Origin: Octopus bimaculoides
Taxonomy: Eukaryota
Length of the DNA: 63,780 nucleotides
Assembly: GCF_001194135.2 (NCBI RefSeq)
Contig: NC_068981.1
Coordinates: 93,476,676-93,540,455, forward strand
Direction of reading: 5' to 3'
Below are positions 23,386 through 37,191 of this stretch, piece after piece. Position 1 is the first letter of the stretch, and each line of letters begins with the position of its first letter. The notes under the pieces were generated by a model. That model was not told the DNA's origin, did not search any database, and saw only the letters and a list, made by a program, of their open reading frames with translations. The position numbers and the translations under genes were made by a program.

Positions 23386-23904
23386 TATTTAAATTTTTTT
23401 AATATTTTAATTGTAAGAGTCGGGTAAATCGACAGCTAAATGATAATTCACTGCTGGTTTTACTCTAAATTTTGGTGCGCTCTTTGTGAGACTTCTTGAT
23501 CTAAACTCCTCGATATATAAAGATGAAAACTCAGTATGCAGTGTCTTGTATTTATATATCAATAGCGATTCTCGCTTGATTAATTAATTCATTAATCAAT
23601 TAATTATTCAGTGTATTTAATCGGTAAGTACGAATTACGGGAATGACTAATCATTTTTAAATTCTCTCAAATTGTTCTGCCCGCCTACATTCAACGTTCC
23701 AAAATACGAATACCTTTATCGTGGTTTGGGATTTAAGTCCCATTACTAGCGTGATTGAAAACCACTTAATGGCTTTCCTTCATTGTATAACTCTAATACA
23801 CACATATCATATACGTATACATATACGTATACATATACATAGATATACACACACACTGGCACATGCACACATATATACATACTCACACATTAATAATAGA
23901 TAGA

Positions 23905-24035
23905 AGCATGTTAAGGAGTTTGTGCCCCGACCACATGGCTCCAGGTTCAGTCCAATTGCGTGACACTAAGGGAGAATATCTTCTACTATAGCTTAGTTGC
24001 GTCCAAAGCCAACGTGGGTGGATTTCGCAAATGCA
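23905..24035 (+). mobile_element. 5' half of the OK-like SINE
   Basis: ccacatggctccaggttcagtcc...tcttctactatagc. Confidence 0.65.
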
Positions 24036-24036
24036 C

Positions 24037-24123
<87 letters not shown>

Positions 24124-25032
24124 CGTGTAAGTATGTACGGATTCATGGACTCATCTCCTCCCTTCTCTCTCATTTTCTACCTATGTATGTGTGTGTGTGT
24201 GTGTGCGTGTATTTACTTACGAATTTTCTGTTGAATACTTAAATGTACCACTTGTACTGTCACTTCTTTGTATAGGCCAAACATTTCATAACATATAATT
24301 TACTACTACAGCTAGAGAGAAACACCAAATAACAAATGGGTGTTAGGAACGTATGAGGCATATCAGCGGGAATAACAACGCAATGTAGGCGGCTTCATCC
24401 CCTGAAAGTTTGGTTAGTGTTGTGGCTTTTGTCTACATATTTTACGTAATCAAACTATTTCTAGGAACGAAGTTCGCCATGATGATCCGCTTTCTAGATA
24501 TTATCTTATGAATTATTTACATCTTTGACCTTCCATACATATAATCTATATTTATGTCTCTTTCATAGTTTCATATTTCATTTGTTTGTATCGTTAATAT
24601 TTGTACTGCTGCTTTTGTTGTTTAGCATTTTATCGGAAGATAAAGTAGAACCTCCTGTCGTTTGGTGACTTCTTTTTTATTCTCTTCTAACACGTTTCTT
24701 GCTGTTGGTGATACGACTTATTTCAATTTAAATTCTTTTTATTATTGTATTATTTTTATGAGGCGGAGGGGGCTTTTTGTTATGCATCTGGTCGGCCATA
24801 TTTACAGAATACATATGTTTTGCTTTGTTTTCGGGAGTTTATTGTTTTTACTGGTTTCTATTTTCTCCTCCTGTATGTTGAATTGCACACACACACACAC
24901 ACACACAAACACAAACACTAATACAAACGTATTCATATATGCGTGTGCGTGTCTATGCGTGTGCGTGTCTATGCGTGTGTATGTATACATGTATATATAT
25001 TTATGCTTACACACATTGTACAACTACGCACG

Positions 25033-25080
<48 letters not shown>

Positions 25081-25517
25081 CACACACGCATACATACATA
25101 CATACATAATTTTGCACACGCACGCACGCACACATCTCAACGTAGGTAAATTGTTTAAAGTTCACGTAAGTGCGAGTTTATAGCTTTGAGCTAATGGCGC
25201 CATCTTGCCATCGAAATTCCAATCGTTTGTCTATCATCACATGCAATTATTTCTCGTTTAAACTGAACGTTTTTCTAAATAAAATGTTTTTGTAGGCATC
25301 CCAATAGTATATCAGAGAAACATGGGTTGCTATCTCGTAACAATTTCGAAAAATTGTTGTTGGTGGTTTTCTTTTCTTTACCAACTGACGGGGATAATTC
25401 GTTTCTAAAAGATATAAGCTATCCTATATATTTATCCTATCATTATAAACAATGAACATTTGTATGCATGCGCTGGTAAATATGCATATTTGTGTGAATG
25501 AGTGTGAGTGCATAATG

Positions 25518-25915
25518 AATGTCCCAGGTAGCTTGATGGCCCAGTAAACTACAAATGCGAGGCTCGATCCTCGCACACACGCACGCACGCATATACGAGG
25601 GGTTGCTGAAAAGTTCCTGGCTCTAAGAGTATCGCGAAAGGCCTGGTTGGAGACCCAACCTATCAAGTTCCTTTACAGGGTTCAGTAAACACTGAATGCC
25701 CCAGGCAGCTCGACGGCCCGGTAAAGTATAATTGCGAGGCTCGATCCTCACACACACCCACATACATGTACGAGGGGCTGCTGAAAAGGTCCTGGTTCTA
25801 AAGTTATCGCGAAAGGCCTAGATGGAGGCCCAACCTTCCGATTTCCTTTACGGATTTCAGAAAAACTGCTGTAAGTGTGTGAATCTTAGAGGAGAATATG
25901 TTGATTACAATCATA
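25518..25915 (+). mobile_element. Tandem duplication (~176-bp period) of a short mariner-derived MITE plus its flank
   Basis: tacgagggg(t/c)tgctgaaaag(t/g)tcctgg twice; ends with aagtgtgtgaatcttagaggagaatatgttga (mariner C-terminus KCVNLRGEYV). Confidence 0.7.
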
Positions 25916-26049
25916 ACTGATCCTCCTGTATTTTCTCATGTATTAAGTTTATATTTAAATATATTATATTCAATATATTATATTCAATTATATTGAAAGT
26001 CAAATCAGAAACCAGAAACCAGCTTTATTATAATCGTTATTTATGACTT

Positions 26050-26420
26050 GAGCTTGCAGAATCGTTAGCACGCTGGACGAAATGCATAGCGGTATTTCGC
26101 CCGTTGCTACGTTCTGAGTTCAAATTCCGCTGTGGTCGACTTTGCCATTCATCCTTTCGGTTTCGATAAATGAAGTACCAGTGAATCTCTAGGGTCGATG
26201 TAATTGACTAGGGCCCTCCCCTCAAATTTCAGGCCTTGTGCCTATAGTAGAAAGGATTACTGTAATACTACGACCGACAAAATGTTTAGCGGGTTTACGT
26301 CCTGAGATCAACTTCCGGTGAGATCGAATTTGACTTACATTTTTTTTTTGGAGTCCATGAAATAAGTACCACTAGAGCACTGGGGGTAATATAATCGACC
26401 AACCCCACCGCTCCCCAAAT
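26050..26420 (+). mobile_element. Two Nin-domain-type SINE copies
   Basis: Same consensus as 12140-12350. Confidence 0.75.
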
Positions 26421-26429
26421 CCAGAAGGG

Positions 26430-26455
26430 ATTATTATTATTATTATTATTATTAT

Positions 26456-26505
<50 letters not shown>

Positions 26506-26635
26506 ACTGTTTATTATTATCTCCCGTCTTATCATCTTTGTCTTCTTCCTCTGCTTTTTTCTTATCTATCATCTCCGACGTGATCGATTTCTTCTTCTTC
26601 TTCTTCTTCTTCTTCTTCTTCTTCTTCTTCTTCTT

Positions 26636-26666
<31 letters not shown>

Positions 26667-26690
26667 TTCTTCTTCTTCTTCTTTTTCTCT
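26430..26690. repeat. (ATT)n(TAG)n compound repeat and a long (CTT)n tract
   Basis: Direct reading; CTT array about 26589-26686. Confidence 0.95.
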
Positions 26691-27378
26691 CCATCTTCCC
26701 TTTTCGTCTTGCACGTATATACACAAATATGCACGCATACATAAGTACATACGTTCACACACACGAATACACACACACATACATAAATACATATATATAA
26801 ATAGATAGATGGATACATAGATATGTGAGTGTATATATATATATATATACGTTTATATATTCGTTTTGCAAGATTCTTGGTGTGAATTCGTGTGTTGAAA
26901 CAGATATTGCTGTATTTGGAGATGGTCTGTTGCCAGATAAGCCAATAAAAGACACACCCACTATATATTTGATGTTCACTTACTTCAGCTTTATTTTATA
27001 TTAATTGTATTTCGGCCAGAGATCTTTCGTTACACTTCTGTGACCTCATCAATGGTGCCTTGCTTTCCTCTGTCTGGCTGTTTTTCTCTCTACAAAACGG
27101 AAAGTTACATTGCGGAACAATCATTTTAACAAGTTGTATTTATTTATTTTTCACGCGACGAGCTACATCTGCACCACCGGATGCTCCTGAACCAGTTGTT
27201 GAGTGTCGCACCTAGGAGGAATCGATGCTAGATGTGTCGAAACAATTGTCGTGATTAATAATAAATTCTCGTATATTCCATCTTCTGTCTTTCATTTATT
27301 ATATACCTAACAATCACTGTGAAAGTGACCGTGCTTTACCAGTAAGCTACCAGGTGTAAACCATTCGTTTAATTATCC

Positions 27379-27429
<51 letters not shown>

Positions 27430-29424
27430 GCACATTTAAAATAATTGAAGACTAATTAATGAATTATCTCAGAAGTGATACGATATCATCGACTTCGCCC
27501 AAATTTCTGAGGTATTTTAACCTATTTTCAATGTAATTTAAACTCTTCCTAACTAGACCTAGGAAACAGAGTTCGCAGGTGTGTTGAACCTCGAAGAACA
27601 TTATTGATAATGTCCTATTTCTAAGTTAATTACCTGTTATAATTCTTCGATAGACATACCCACCCAATGTATGGTTTCATTGAGCGATTAGCTCTCAGAT
27701 TTTATCACACAACACTGATCAATCAGTGCAGCATAATTCAACGTACGTTAATTGAAAATATTTGACGAGATTTTTCTGAGATTTTAAACAAGAACAGTTA
27801 TGATAGAAGTTAAGTACGAGTCTAATCCATTCTTAATGAAGCCTAGACATTTGACATTAAAGCTAAGGATTAGAATGTTTCATGAAGCGAATGACTTTAC
27901 AAATTGCAGTTCTTCTGGAGATAATTATAATCGGTTGAGAAAATCTGGAGAAATATCGTCGTAGGTGTAGTATCGTAGATATGGAAGAGTATCGGTGGTG
28001 TTTAGATATCAGAGAACAGGTCTTAAATTAAGATTATAAGATCAATACTTTGCACGTTGAAAACGTCATTGTATCTGTCAATGTCATTAATGCGCCAGCT
28101 GCAAGATTATTCCAACTGGAAAAGTTATATTAAGAGGAAAGTTTTGTAATTAGGTTTCAGAACATATCACAGTTCTGTTTTGACCCTGTTTCATTTGCCA
28201 GCTTCAATCTTCCAATTCGCTGTTGAAGCTGGTGGAAATTTCAGTAATGTGTTTAGAGAAATGATCCATATTATTTCTTGTAGTGATTATAGTAAGATTA
28301 TCTATAAATTATATTATTATTGTTTGTGCATGAGTATCTGTGGTGTGAATTTGTGTTTCTGTCTGTATATGTATTTGTTTCTTTCTGTGTATAACTGCAT
28401 GTGAAGCAACAAATTCAACAAATTTAACATGAATTCTATTCCGTCCCTTAATAACAGTAAACAAACAATCAATACAAAAACATTTATGTAGGCTTGTTTT
28501 ATTTGCTTGCTTTTATCCCTGAGGCGCGATCTACAAAGTGTATGAAATAAATCTCTAAAGAGGTGACTCAGGAACCCAGTTTTATTTACCCATTGTTGCC
28601 GTTTCCAGTCATTTGTACTATAGAAGTCGTTGAGAAATATATGGAATCGTGTGATCGTATTTTTCATTGACTTCTTGTTTATACAAGAAATTTCTTTTTC
28701 AGATGCCTTGATATTCTATATATATGATGTTACCCTATTTTTTTGCGCCTCAGTTCCGGTGTTACGAAGTCACACAAAACAAGGTGAATCCTTTTAAGGG
28801 AAGATCATATATAGAATAAATTTTGCTATTCTTGAAGGAAGAATAAAATAATTGTTTTGATTTTATTAGCTTCGGGAACTCTCTATAAACATGTCCTAAA
28901 GTGTGTGATGTGCAACTCAGGGAATGATTTTTACAGAAATGTAGTATACTCACTTGTTATAACGCATTATGGTAGATTTCGAAAATAAAAATAATAATTT
29001 GTTTATACAGCAAGACCTAGATATTTGGCCCAACTGAAAATAGAATAATTAAATTTCTGGATAATGTGTCTCAAAGACTTCCGAAGGATTTTCGTAATTT
29101 TTTTTTGTAAATGCTACATATTTTTACTGAATACAAGTTATTAATGAGCTTATTAAAATGAAAGTGAACTAAGACGTAGAAAATAGATTAAATTCTATCT
29201 GGCTGAGTGATTCACTCTGCAATTAAAAGTTTGAAAACTGCTGTCAACTTATAATTAAAAATGTTGTCTAAGATAATAAATAGTATAACATGACTAAATT
29301 GTGATGGCTATTTTCAGTAAAATATATGGTTAGTGTTATTGTTAATAGAAGTTAATATCAGTAATTTAAAGTTTAAAAAGGGAACAATACTAATAAATGG
29401 ACCTAGAGTAGAAAAGAATATTAA

Positions 29425-29925
29425 GACGGTGAGCTAGGAGAAACGTTAGCACGCTGGGGGAAATGCTTAGCGGTATTTTGTCTGTCTGTACCTTCTGAGT
29501 TCAAATTCCGCAAAGGTCGACTTTGCCTTTCATCCTTTCGGAGTCGACAAATTAAGTACCAGTTGCACAATGGGGTCGATCTACTCGACTGGCCCCTTCC
29601 ATCAAAATTTCGGGCCTTGTGCCTAAAGTAGAAAAGAATCGTTAGCACACCAGGCAAAATGCTTTGCGGCATTTCGTCTGTCTGCACATTTTGCGATAGA
29701 CACACAATTATGTCTTTGTTTATACTATTTGGGTACCTAGTTTGTATGGGATTTACTCATAAATAGGCTTCTGATTAGTGCCTTTTGTCAATAGTTTCAT
29801 GATATTGCCTTTCCTTTCATCCATTCGGGGGTAGATAAAGTAAGTACCAGTTGAACACTGGGGTCGATGTAATCGACTAGCACCCTCCCCCAAAATTCCT
29901 GAACTTGTGCCAAAATTTGAAGCCA
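29425..29925 (+). mobile_element. Two tandem Nin-domain-type SINEs, the second interrupted by locally copied sequence
   Basis: Intact copy 29425-29638; second copy head 29634-29690 and tail 29812-29925. Confidence 0.75.
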
Positions 29926-30059
29926 ATATTCCTCGATATACATCAGTATTATTTCCTCAGAAGAATACTGGTAGTTTTAACGAAACATATATACTATTTC
30001 ATTTATTAAATCCTCATTGTTTTTAAAAGTTTCTCAACGAAGGATTCATTGCATCTAAT

Positions 30060-30560
30060 CGATTAAATATAATGGATCTTCCTGTAGTTTTGGATACCTA
30101 GTTTGTAGGGTTTTACTCATAAACAGGCTACTGATTGGTGCCTTATGTCAATAGTTTCATGATATTGCCTTTCCTGTTGTTATATATTACTCCTGGGAAT
30201 TTGGTTATCTAAGAGATTTTTCTTTCTGTTATTCTATATAAGTTAATGTCCTCCTAGTATTGTTTTCCGGTTACTTTTCGATATTATATTCAAACTCCCT
30301 TCTTTATTGTTATAGCGTAATCTTTGTGTGAACATTAGCAATTACGGTTCTCTCAATATCTTATGAAATAGAGATTTGTTTCAACTTTCAACTTGCGATC
30401 GACAAACAATTGTGTCTTTGTTTATACTTTTGCAATAAATATTGCAAAAGTCCATTTATAGATTTATTCCTGGCATTCCAATACTTTGTCTACATTTTGG
30501 TGACATGTCTCTAGTCAAAATATTAACTCTATATTCTTTTCACCACACTGTATTCTCCTA
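30060..30560 (-). pseudogene. Highly degenerate non-LTR RT fragment (possibly R4/Dong)
   Basis: TKTQLFVDRKL resembles GTKDQLLIDK; otherwise stop-riddled. Confidence 0.3.
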
Positions 30561-30599
30561 TATTTCTATCTCTATGGCATTAAATCTGTAACGTCATGT

Positions 30600-31000
30600 A
30601 TGTATGTAGCCTCTCCTACATACACAAACATACTGGATTACACCCAGAGAAGGGTCACTAGACTGCTTGATTCTCAATCACTAACGAACACGGGCGTACC
30701 GTTTCCTGGTCCACAGGCTTGCTGCGTCTTCATTCTATCGTTACTATTACTAATACGATGGTCTCTAGTTCCTTGAGCTGGCTACTTCTTGGCAACTTTG
30801 CTGCGTCGAACAATACTTTCATCGCACGTTAAATCCTTCTTCCTCAGAATATCGGCTCTCTGAAATCTCTTGTCTGTTCATGTCTTTCTTGCAGTTCTTC
30901 ATCTGCAACAGGTCAAATGTAGCATTAGCGACATCAGTTTCATCAATATCGGAGAGCTTGCAAAGCTCATGTCCTCTGCCCCTTTCTGTAAACACGGCGA
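30600..31000 (-). pseudogene. Degenerate RTE-like LINE fragment
   Basis: ADILRK..RAMKVL..SLVI resembles the PDILKEEVERAIKSL...SLVIPL start of RTE RTs. Confidence 0.35.
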
Positions 31001-31016
31001 TTTAAAAATATCTTGT

Positions 31017-31070
<54 letters not shown>

Positions 31071-31879
31071 AAAATATATTTTCTTTTTATTCTTAAGGTG
31101 TGTTGGGAGGCATCAGTATACTTATGGAAATTTAAGTTGGCTATGTTATCAGAGTTTGGATGCAAAAGATATTAGACATTTTNNNNNNNNNNNNNNNNNN
31201 NNNNNNNNNNNNNNNNNNNNNNNNNNNNNNNNNNNNNNNNNNNNNNNNNNNNNNNNNNNNNNNNNNNNNNNNNNNNNNNNNNNNNNNNNNNNNNNNNNNN
31301 NNNNNNNNNNNNNNNNNNNNNNNNNNNNNNNNNNNNNNNNNNNNNNNNNNNNNNNNNNNNNNNNNNNNNNNNNNNNNNNNNNNNNNNNNNNNNNNNNNNN
31401 NNNNNNNNNNNNNNNNNNNNNNNNNNNNNNNNNNNNNNNNNNNNNNNNNNNNNNNNNNNNNNNNNNNNNNNNNNNNNNNNNNNNNNNNNNNNNNNNNNNN
31501 NNNNNNNNNNNNNNNNNNNNNNNNNNNNNNNNNNNNNNNNNNNNNNNNNNNNNNNNNNNNNNNNNNNNNNNNNNNNNNNNNNNNNNNNNNNNNNNNNNNN
31601 NNNNNNNNNNNNNNNNNNNNNNNNNNNNNNNNNNNNNNNNNNNNNNNNNNNNNNNNNNNNNNNNNNNNNNNNNNNNNNNNNNNNNNNNNNNNNNNNNNNN
31701 NNNNNNNNNNNNNNNNNNNNNNNNNNNNNNNNNNNNNNNNNNNNNNNNNNNNNNNNNNNNNNNNNNNNNNNNNNNNNNNNNNNNNNNNNNNNNNNNNNNN
31801 NNNNNNNNNNNNNNNNNNNNNNNNNNNNNNNNNNNNNNNNNNNNNNNNNNNNNNNNNNNNNNNNNNNNNNNNNNNNNNN

Positions 31880-31944
<65 letters not shown>

Positions 31945-32864
31945 ATGTATATGTATATATATATATATATATATAACATTACGGAGAAGAGAAAACAAAT
32001 CCAAAGGCCGATGTTTTATGTTTTCGTCCCCACTATGGTGTTCTGTCTGTCCTTGTACTGTCTCCTCTATGTTAAGGCCTGAGTGCCGAATAAAGAAAAA
32101 TATACATTGTGTCGTAATACATTTTAGCTTTTAACATCATATGCCCGAAGAGAATGGTCCGTTCAAACATTCAATTTTTATTAACTTATTTAGCCTAACC
32201 ATGTGATTCTATTAACTCTGATGAGAGAAATATAGAGTATTGCTACGGTTGGAGTTAGCTCGCCCATATCAACCTATATCTTTTCGAAACGGCCGTAAGA
32301 CTTTATACATAGATTTTATACATGTTCCAGACTCCTTATGAATCATTTTACATCCGCTTTAACATCCTCTTCATTCGGACTTCGCAAGTACATTTATGGG
32401 CTTACACTTTTATATATTTATATTTATGAATTTTTAAGTGTAAATTTTTATATGTGTATAATTTTTATATATTTATAAATTTTCGTGTATATGCTTTTAT
32501 AAATTCTTAGAAATTTTTTATATATCATATGGATGAATGCATCTATGTATGTATTTTGTATACCATGGAGAATTTCGTTAATATGGATCGAATGAATATA
32601 TACATTATCTTCTAGTATCCGAGGAAGGACTACGTCAAAAACCTTATATTTTTACTGTATAGTTTTATCTTATAGTATTTTCTACCTTTGTTTGAGTGTT
32701 AATCCAATACTTTTACCTGTCAGCTCCCCTTGAGGTTTTGCTGATTTTCTTATTTGTATTTGCTTCGCTTTACATATATGTACGTGTTTGTGTGTGTGTG
32801 TGCATGTATATATGCATGTATATGTTTACATATATGCGTATTAGTATGATATATATATGTGTGT

Positions 32865-32932
<68 letters not shown>

Positions 32933-33943
32933 GTATGTATGTAGATATGTATGTATGTATATTGTTTTCACGCAATATATATCTGTCAATATATATTATA
33001 TATGTGTCTTTCACACAATCATTGAAATATGTTGATGGAGGTGTTAATTTTAACATAAAAAATTAAGTGTCACGCTGTTTCTTGAAAAGAGCCAATACTG
33101 CAACAATACTATGTTATCTAAGGTTTCTCAAAAAATCTCTTGGAAGGTCTTATAAATTTTTCCAACACGCATTTTTTTGCAGATTGCTAGAGGTACCTAA
33201 TGATATGTTTCTTTTCCTTAAACATCATGCATTGTACAGCGACAGAACATATGCAGTTCTTTTTCTTTTATTGTTTCTTTCAAAATACTGTCTCCAACAC
33301 ATTCTTCATTTCCATTCTCCTTACTAAATAATCTGTCATAGGCATTGGCATTATCTGTAAAAATCGATATTTTCCAAGTTGTTAAAACGACCTTGACGTC
33401 ATACTGTATTGATTCTGTACGATAATTGAATAACGATGTATATAATATTTGTATGCGTCAAAATCATTATTACATACAATTTTAACACACGTGGAATTAC
33501 TAATATATATTTATTATTATTTATTGGTTGACGCAAGAAGCTTTTTTTCTATAAAATAAAGCAGAATTATATTCGTGTGTTTGCATGCATGTGTAAGAAT
33601 TCTTGTAAGTATGTATGTGTACCGATGATGCCTGTAGATACAGAAATACATTCCCATAGTTATCAAATACAAATATAAAGTTAAAACATTAGTTTCATCA
33701 CCTTCTCAAGTCAAAGGTTTTTTATTTCAACTCAGTTACATGGCTTAACGCGTATTAGCTTCATCGAGGAGTAAATATCTAAACAGCGTATAGCGAATTT
33801 TCATTAGTATCGTGGGTGAAATATAAATGCATAAAAATGTTGCTGTGCCACTGTTGTAAAAAAAACAGAAAGAATATTTAATTTAGCAAATTTATTCATA
33901 CTTATACAATCTATGTAGAATCATTTAGTCATTCATACTTAAA

Positions 33944-34179
33944 CAGGGTGTTCAAAAAGTCTCTCCGCAGTAAGTATTTTATTGCAAAATAAATATTTAT
34001 AAGATGGTATAAGGCTACAAAAGAATGTATTAGACTTTACAAGACTTAAAACAACTTTATAAGAGGTGTTGAAAGTGTCATCTTGCATTTTCAATACATA
34101 AGTTGACTCTTCTACACATGTTTTGAAATACATCTTGGAGAGAAAAAATGCTCTGCAGAGAGACTTTTTGAGCACCCTA
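33944..34179. mobile_element. Tc1/mariner-type MITE
   Basis: TIRs cagggtgttcaaaaagtctctccgcag / ctgcagagagactttttgagcacccta. Confidence 0.8.
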
Positions 34180-34192
34180 TATAACATATTCT

Positions 34193-34847
34193 TTTATTCT
34201 TTAACTTGTTTCAATCATTTGACTGCGGCCATGCTGGGGCACCGCCTTTAGTCGAGTAAATCGACCCCAGGACTTATTCTTTGTAAGCCTAGTACTTATT
34301 CTATTGGTATCTTTTGCCGAGCCGCTAAGTTACGGGGACGTAAACACACCACCATCTGTTGTCAAGCGATGGTGGGGGGACAAACACAGACATACAAACA
34401 TATACACACACATACATATATATATATACATATATACGACGGGCTTCTTTCAGTTTCCGTCTACCAAATCCACTCATAAGGCTTTGGTTGGCCCGAGGCT
34501 ATAGTAGAAGATACTTGCCCAAGATGCCAGGCAGTGGGACTGAACCTGGAACCATGTGGTTGGTAAGCAAGCTACTTACCACACAGCCATTCCTGCGCCT
34601 ATTTATTCTTTTATTCTTTTACTTGTTTCAGTCATTTGATTGCGGCCTTACTGGATCATCGCCTTGAAAGGTTTTAGTTGAAGAAATAGACCCCAGAATT
34701 TATATTTTGTAAGCCTACTACTTATTCTATCGGACACATTTGCCGAACTGCTAGATTACAGGAACAGGAAGACACCATCATTGGTTGTCAAATGATGGCG
34801 GGGTGGGGATGGGAGGCAAATACACACACACACACACACACACACAC

Positions 34848-34850
<3 letters not shown>
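34193..34850 (-). mobile_element. Full OK-like SINE (34193-34598) followed by a second, 3'-half copy
   Basis: Same consensus as 22963-23385. Confidence 0.85.
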
Positions 34851-34879
<29 letters not shown>

Positions 34880-35081
34880 NNNNNNNNNNNNNNNNNNNNN
34901 NNNNNNNNNNNNNNNNNNNNNNNNNNNNNNNNNNNNNNNNNNNNNNNNNNNNNNNNNNNNNNNNNNNNNNNNNNNNNNNNNNNNNNNNNNNNNNNNNNNN
35001 NNNNNNNNNNNNNNNNNNNNNNNNNNNNNNNNNNNNNNNNNNNNNNNNNNNNNNNNNNNNNNNNNNNNNNNNNNNNNNNNN

Positions 35082-35705
35082 GGGTGGGGCATCGTTTCCC
35101 GTTCAAACTGCTCCAGCCTTTGAAATGTCATCCTCATTATATGTGGCTGAGCATTATCCTGATGGAAGAACACGTTTCTTTTTGGAACCAAAGACGTTCG
35201 TTTTTCTTCTAGCGCTAACTTAAATGATTGGTTGAACGACCAAATCCAAGCGTCTCTGCTAGTTCTTCAACAGTTACGACGGGATTTTGTTCCACTAGAG
35301 TTTGCAGGAAGTCCTCATCGAGCTCTACAGATCTTCCAGGACGAGGCTCGTCTTCTACCCTGTAGTTTCCGGCTCGGAATTTCTGAAACCACAGTTGACA
35401 CTGGCTTACGCTTATTGTCTGATGTATTAAAATACCTCGCACTTTCCATTGCGTTGTTGCCTTTATTGAATTCATAAAGCAAAATATGCCGAATATGCTC
35501 CTTTGTCACTTCAATTATAGCTTTCAAAAAAATAACTGTTAAAGTCGAACTGCACTCTTCAAAATTTGCACTAAGTGTAAGACAAAAAAAGGAAAATTAC
35601 TACCTGCTTTTATGGCAAGTTGATGCAAGTAGTTTATCCTGTCCCCACACCCCGCTTTTAGTTCATGCAATTGAAAAAAACCACATTATTTATGAGTTGA
35701 CCCAA
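35082..35705 (-). mobile_element. Internally deleted mariner (Hsmar1/Mos1-like) remnant
   Basis: TIR attgggtcaactcataaataatgtgg next to TA; HIRHILLYEFNKG, WFQKFRAGNYRVEDEPRPGR, FFHQDNAQPH; other end lost in the gap. Confidence 0.85.
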
Positions 35706-37191
35706 TATTTATGCTGCTTCTAATATGTGTCTGGTGGTTTGCCCATCCTAACTCTGTCTGACATTTTCCTCAAGTGGGAATAAATTGCTTATGGTACCGT
35801 AAACGTCTGTCTTTTAGCATTACTAGCGACTTACTTAAAAACCATGCAAATGAAGAAGGGTCTATACGACCGCTTGAGCTACTAGAAATAGCAACTAAAT
35901 CCCCATCAGTTCAGTGGGGTGGATGGGGATTTTGTTGCCTATTTATAGCAAAGGTAGGATGTTGAAAAACGACATATTGAATTATAAAGTCCATAATATA
36001 CAGAATAACGGGATAGTCATTAATGGAACACATTTATCGATAAGTCTGCAGGTTTAGAGCTGGTCTGATCCTATACAACAATAACAATAATGCTTTTATC
36101 TTTATCATTGAGCCATTAAAGCCGCCGCCTATGAAATGCTTCGATACGCTAAAAACAGCAGCCATCAACTCACACCCCTAACCTTTTTCAGAAAAGAAGA
36201 GCGCATTAAGTAACACCCTCAATTTGTCCAAAAGTAAACATGGGACCATCATAGTGGAAGAGTTTAGGACTGGTTTAGGGATAAATAGTAATAACAACAA
36301 CCTATGTGAATGGAGAAAAGACTGGAAGTTCAATATTCCATAATGGATAGTGCAGAGTGTCAGACCCTATGTTTAGATCTTTTTTATATTTTGCGCTGAA
36401 ATTTTCCTAGTTTTGGGTTTTACTATGTCTTTTTCCAGGATTGATGATCAAATAAAATCCAGTAATATTGCGAGCTGGTTCGATCAATTATACCGATTCT
36501 CCAAAGTCATTACCGAATGCCAAAGTTAAAATCAGTTGTTGAAAGCAATGATGATTAATTTTAGACGATATTATAACTATGAACCAGCGGCAATTAATTT
36601 TAGATAATATTATAACACCTGAATAACTTGACACACGGAAATAGCATGCTTCACAATGTTTTAAAGTTATCAATATAAATTTTTACTGTTAAAATTGTCA
36701 TTAATAAATATCTTCGTTGGTCTGGAACACTTCTTTGTTTTGAAAAGATTTATTTTCCTTGTGAAAACAGAAAATTTTCTATTCAACAAGAGACAGCTCG
36801 TTAATGGTAAAATAAATATGATATATGATAGTTATTTTAGCGGGGTGTATAAATTGAGTATAGGCTTAACTTTCCATGATTTATATAGATTTTAAAAGTG
36901 CATTAAATAGGCATATGTGCTTCTGCTTCCACAGCTACCGAATAAGAAAGTGTATATCACCTAGTTTAAATAGTCATTTGCAAAGATTTCATTCCATTTC
37001 ATTTACATTATTAATGTAATTAAATTTCCAGAGCGTGATGCCACGACCTGTACAGACACCCCACACCACATTCTCATAATACACCCCCTGGTTGATTGGC
37101 ATAAAGTCCTTCGCCAACAGACTGCAACAGCTTTTCTAGCTACGACCTGTAACCCTGCTCTGCATTTTCTGTCTCTACAATGTTGAGAACA

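Noticed and set aside
27005-27060. Minus-strand TTGATGA GGTC...GGCC GAAA hammerhead-like motif
   Set aside because: C3 is mutated and no stem III, cleavage triplet or stem I partner could be found
30830-30985. Apparent host exon on the minus strand after a good acceptor (gtgtttacag)
   Set aside because: No convincing donor, stop codons follow, and neighbouring frames resemble an RTE LINE RT start
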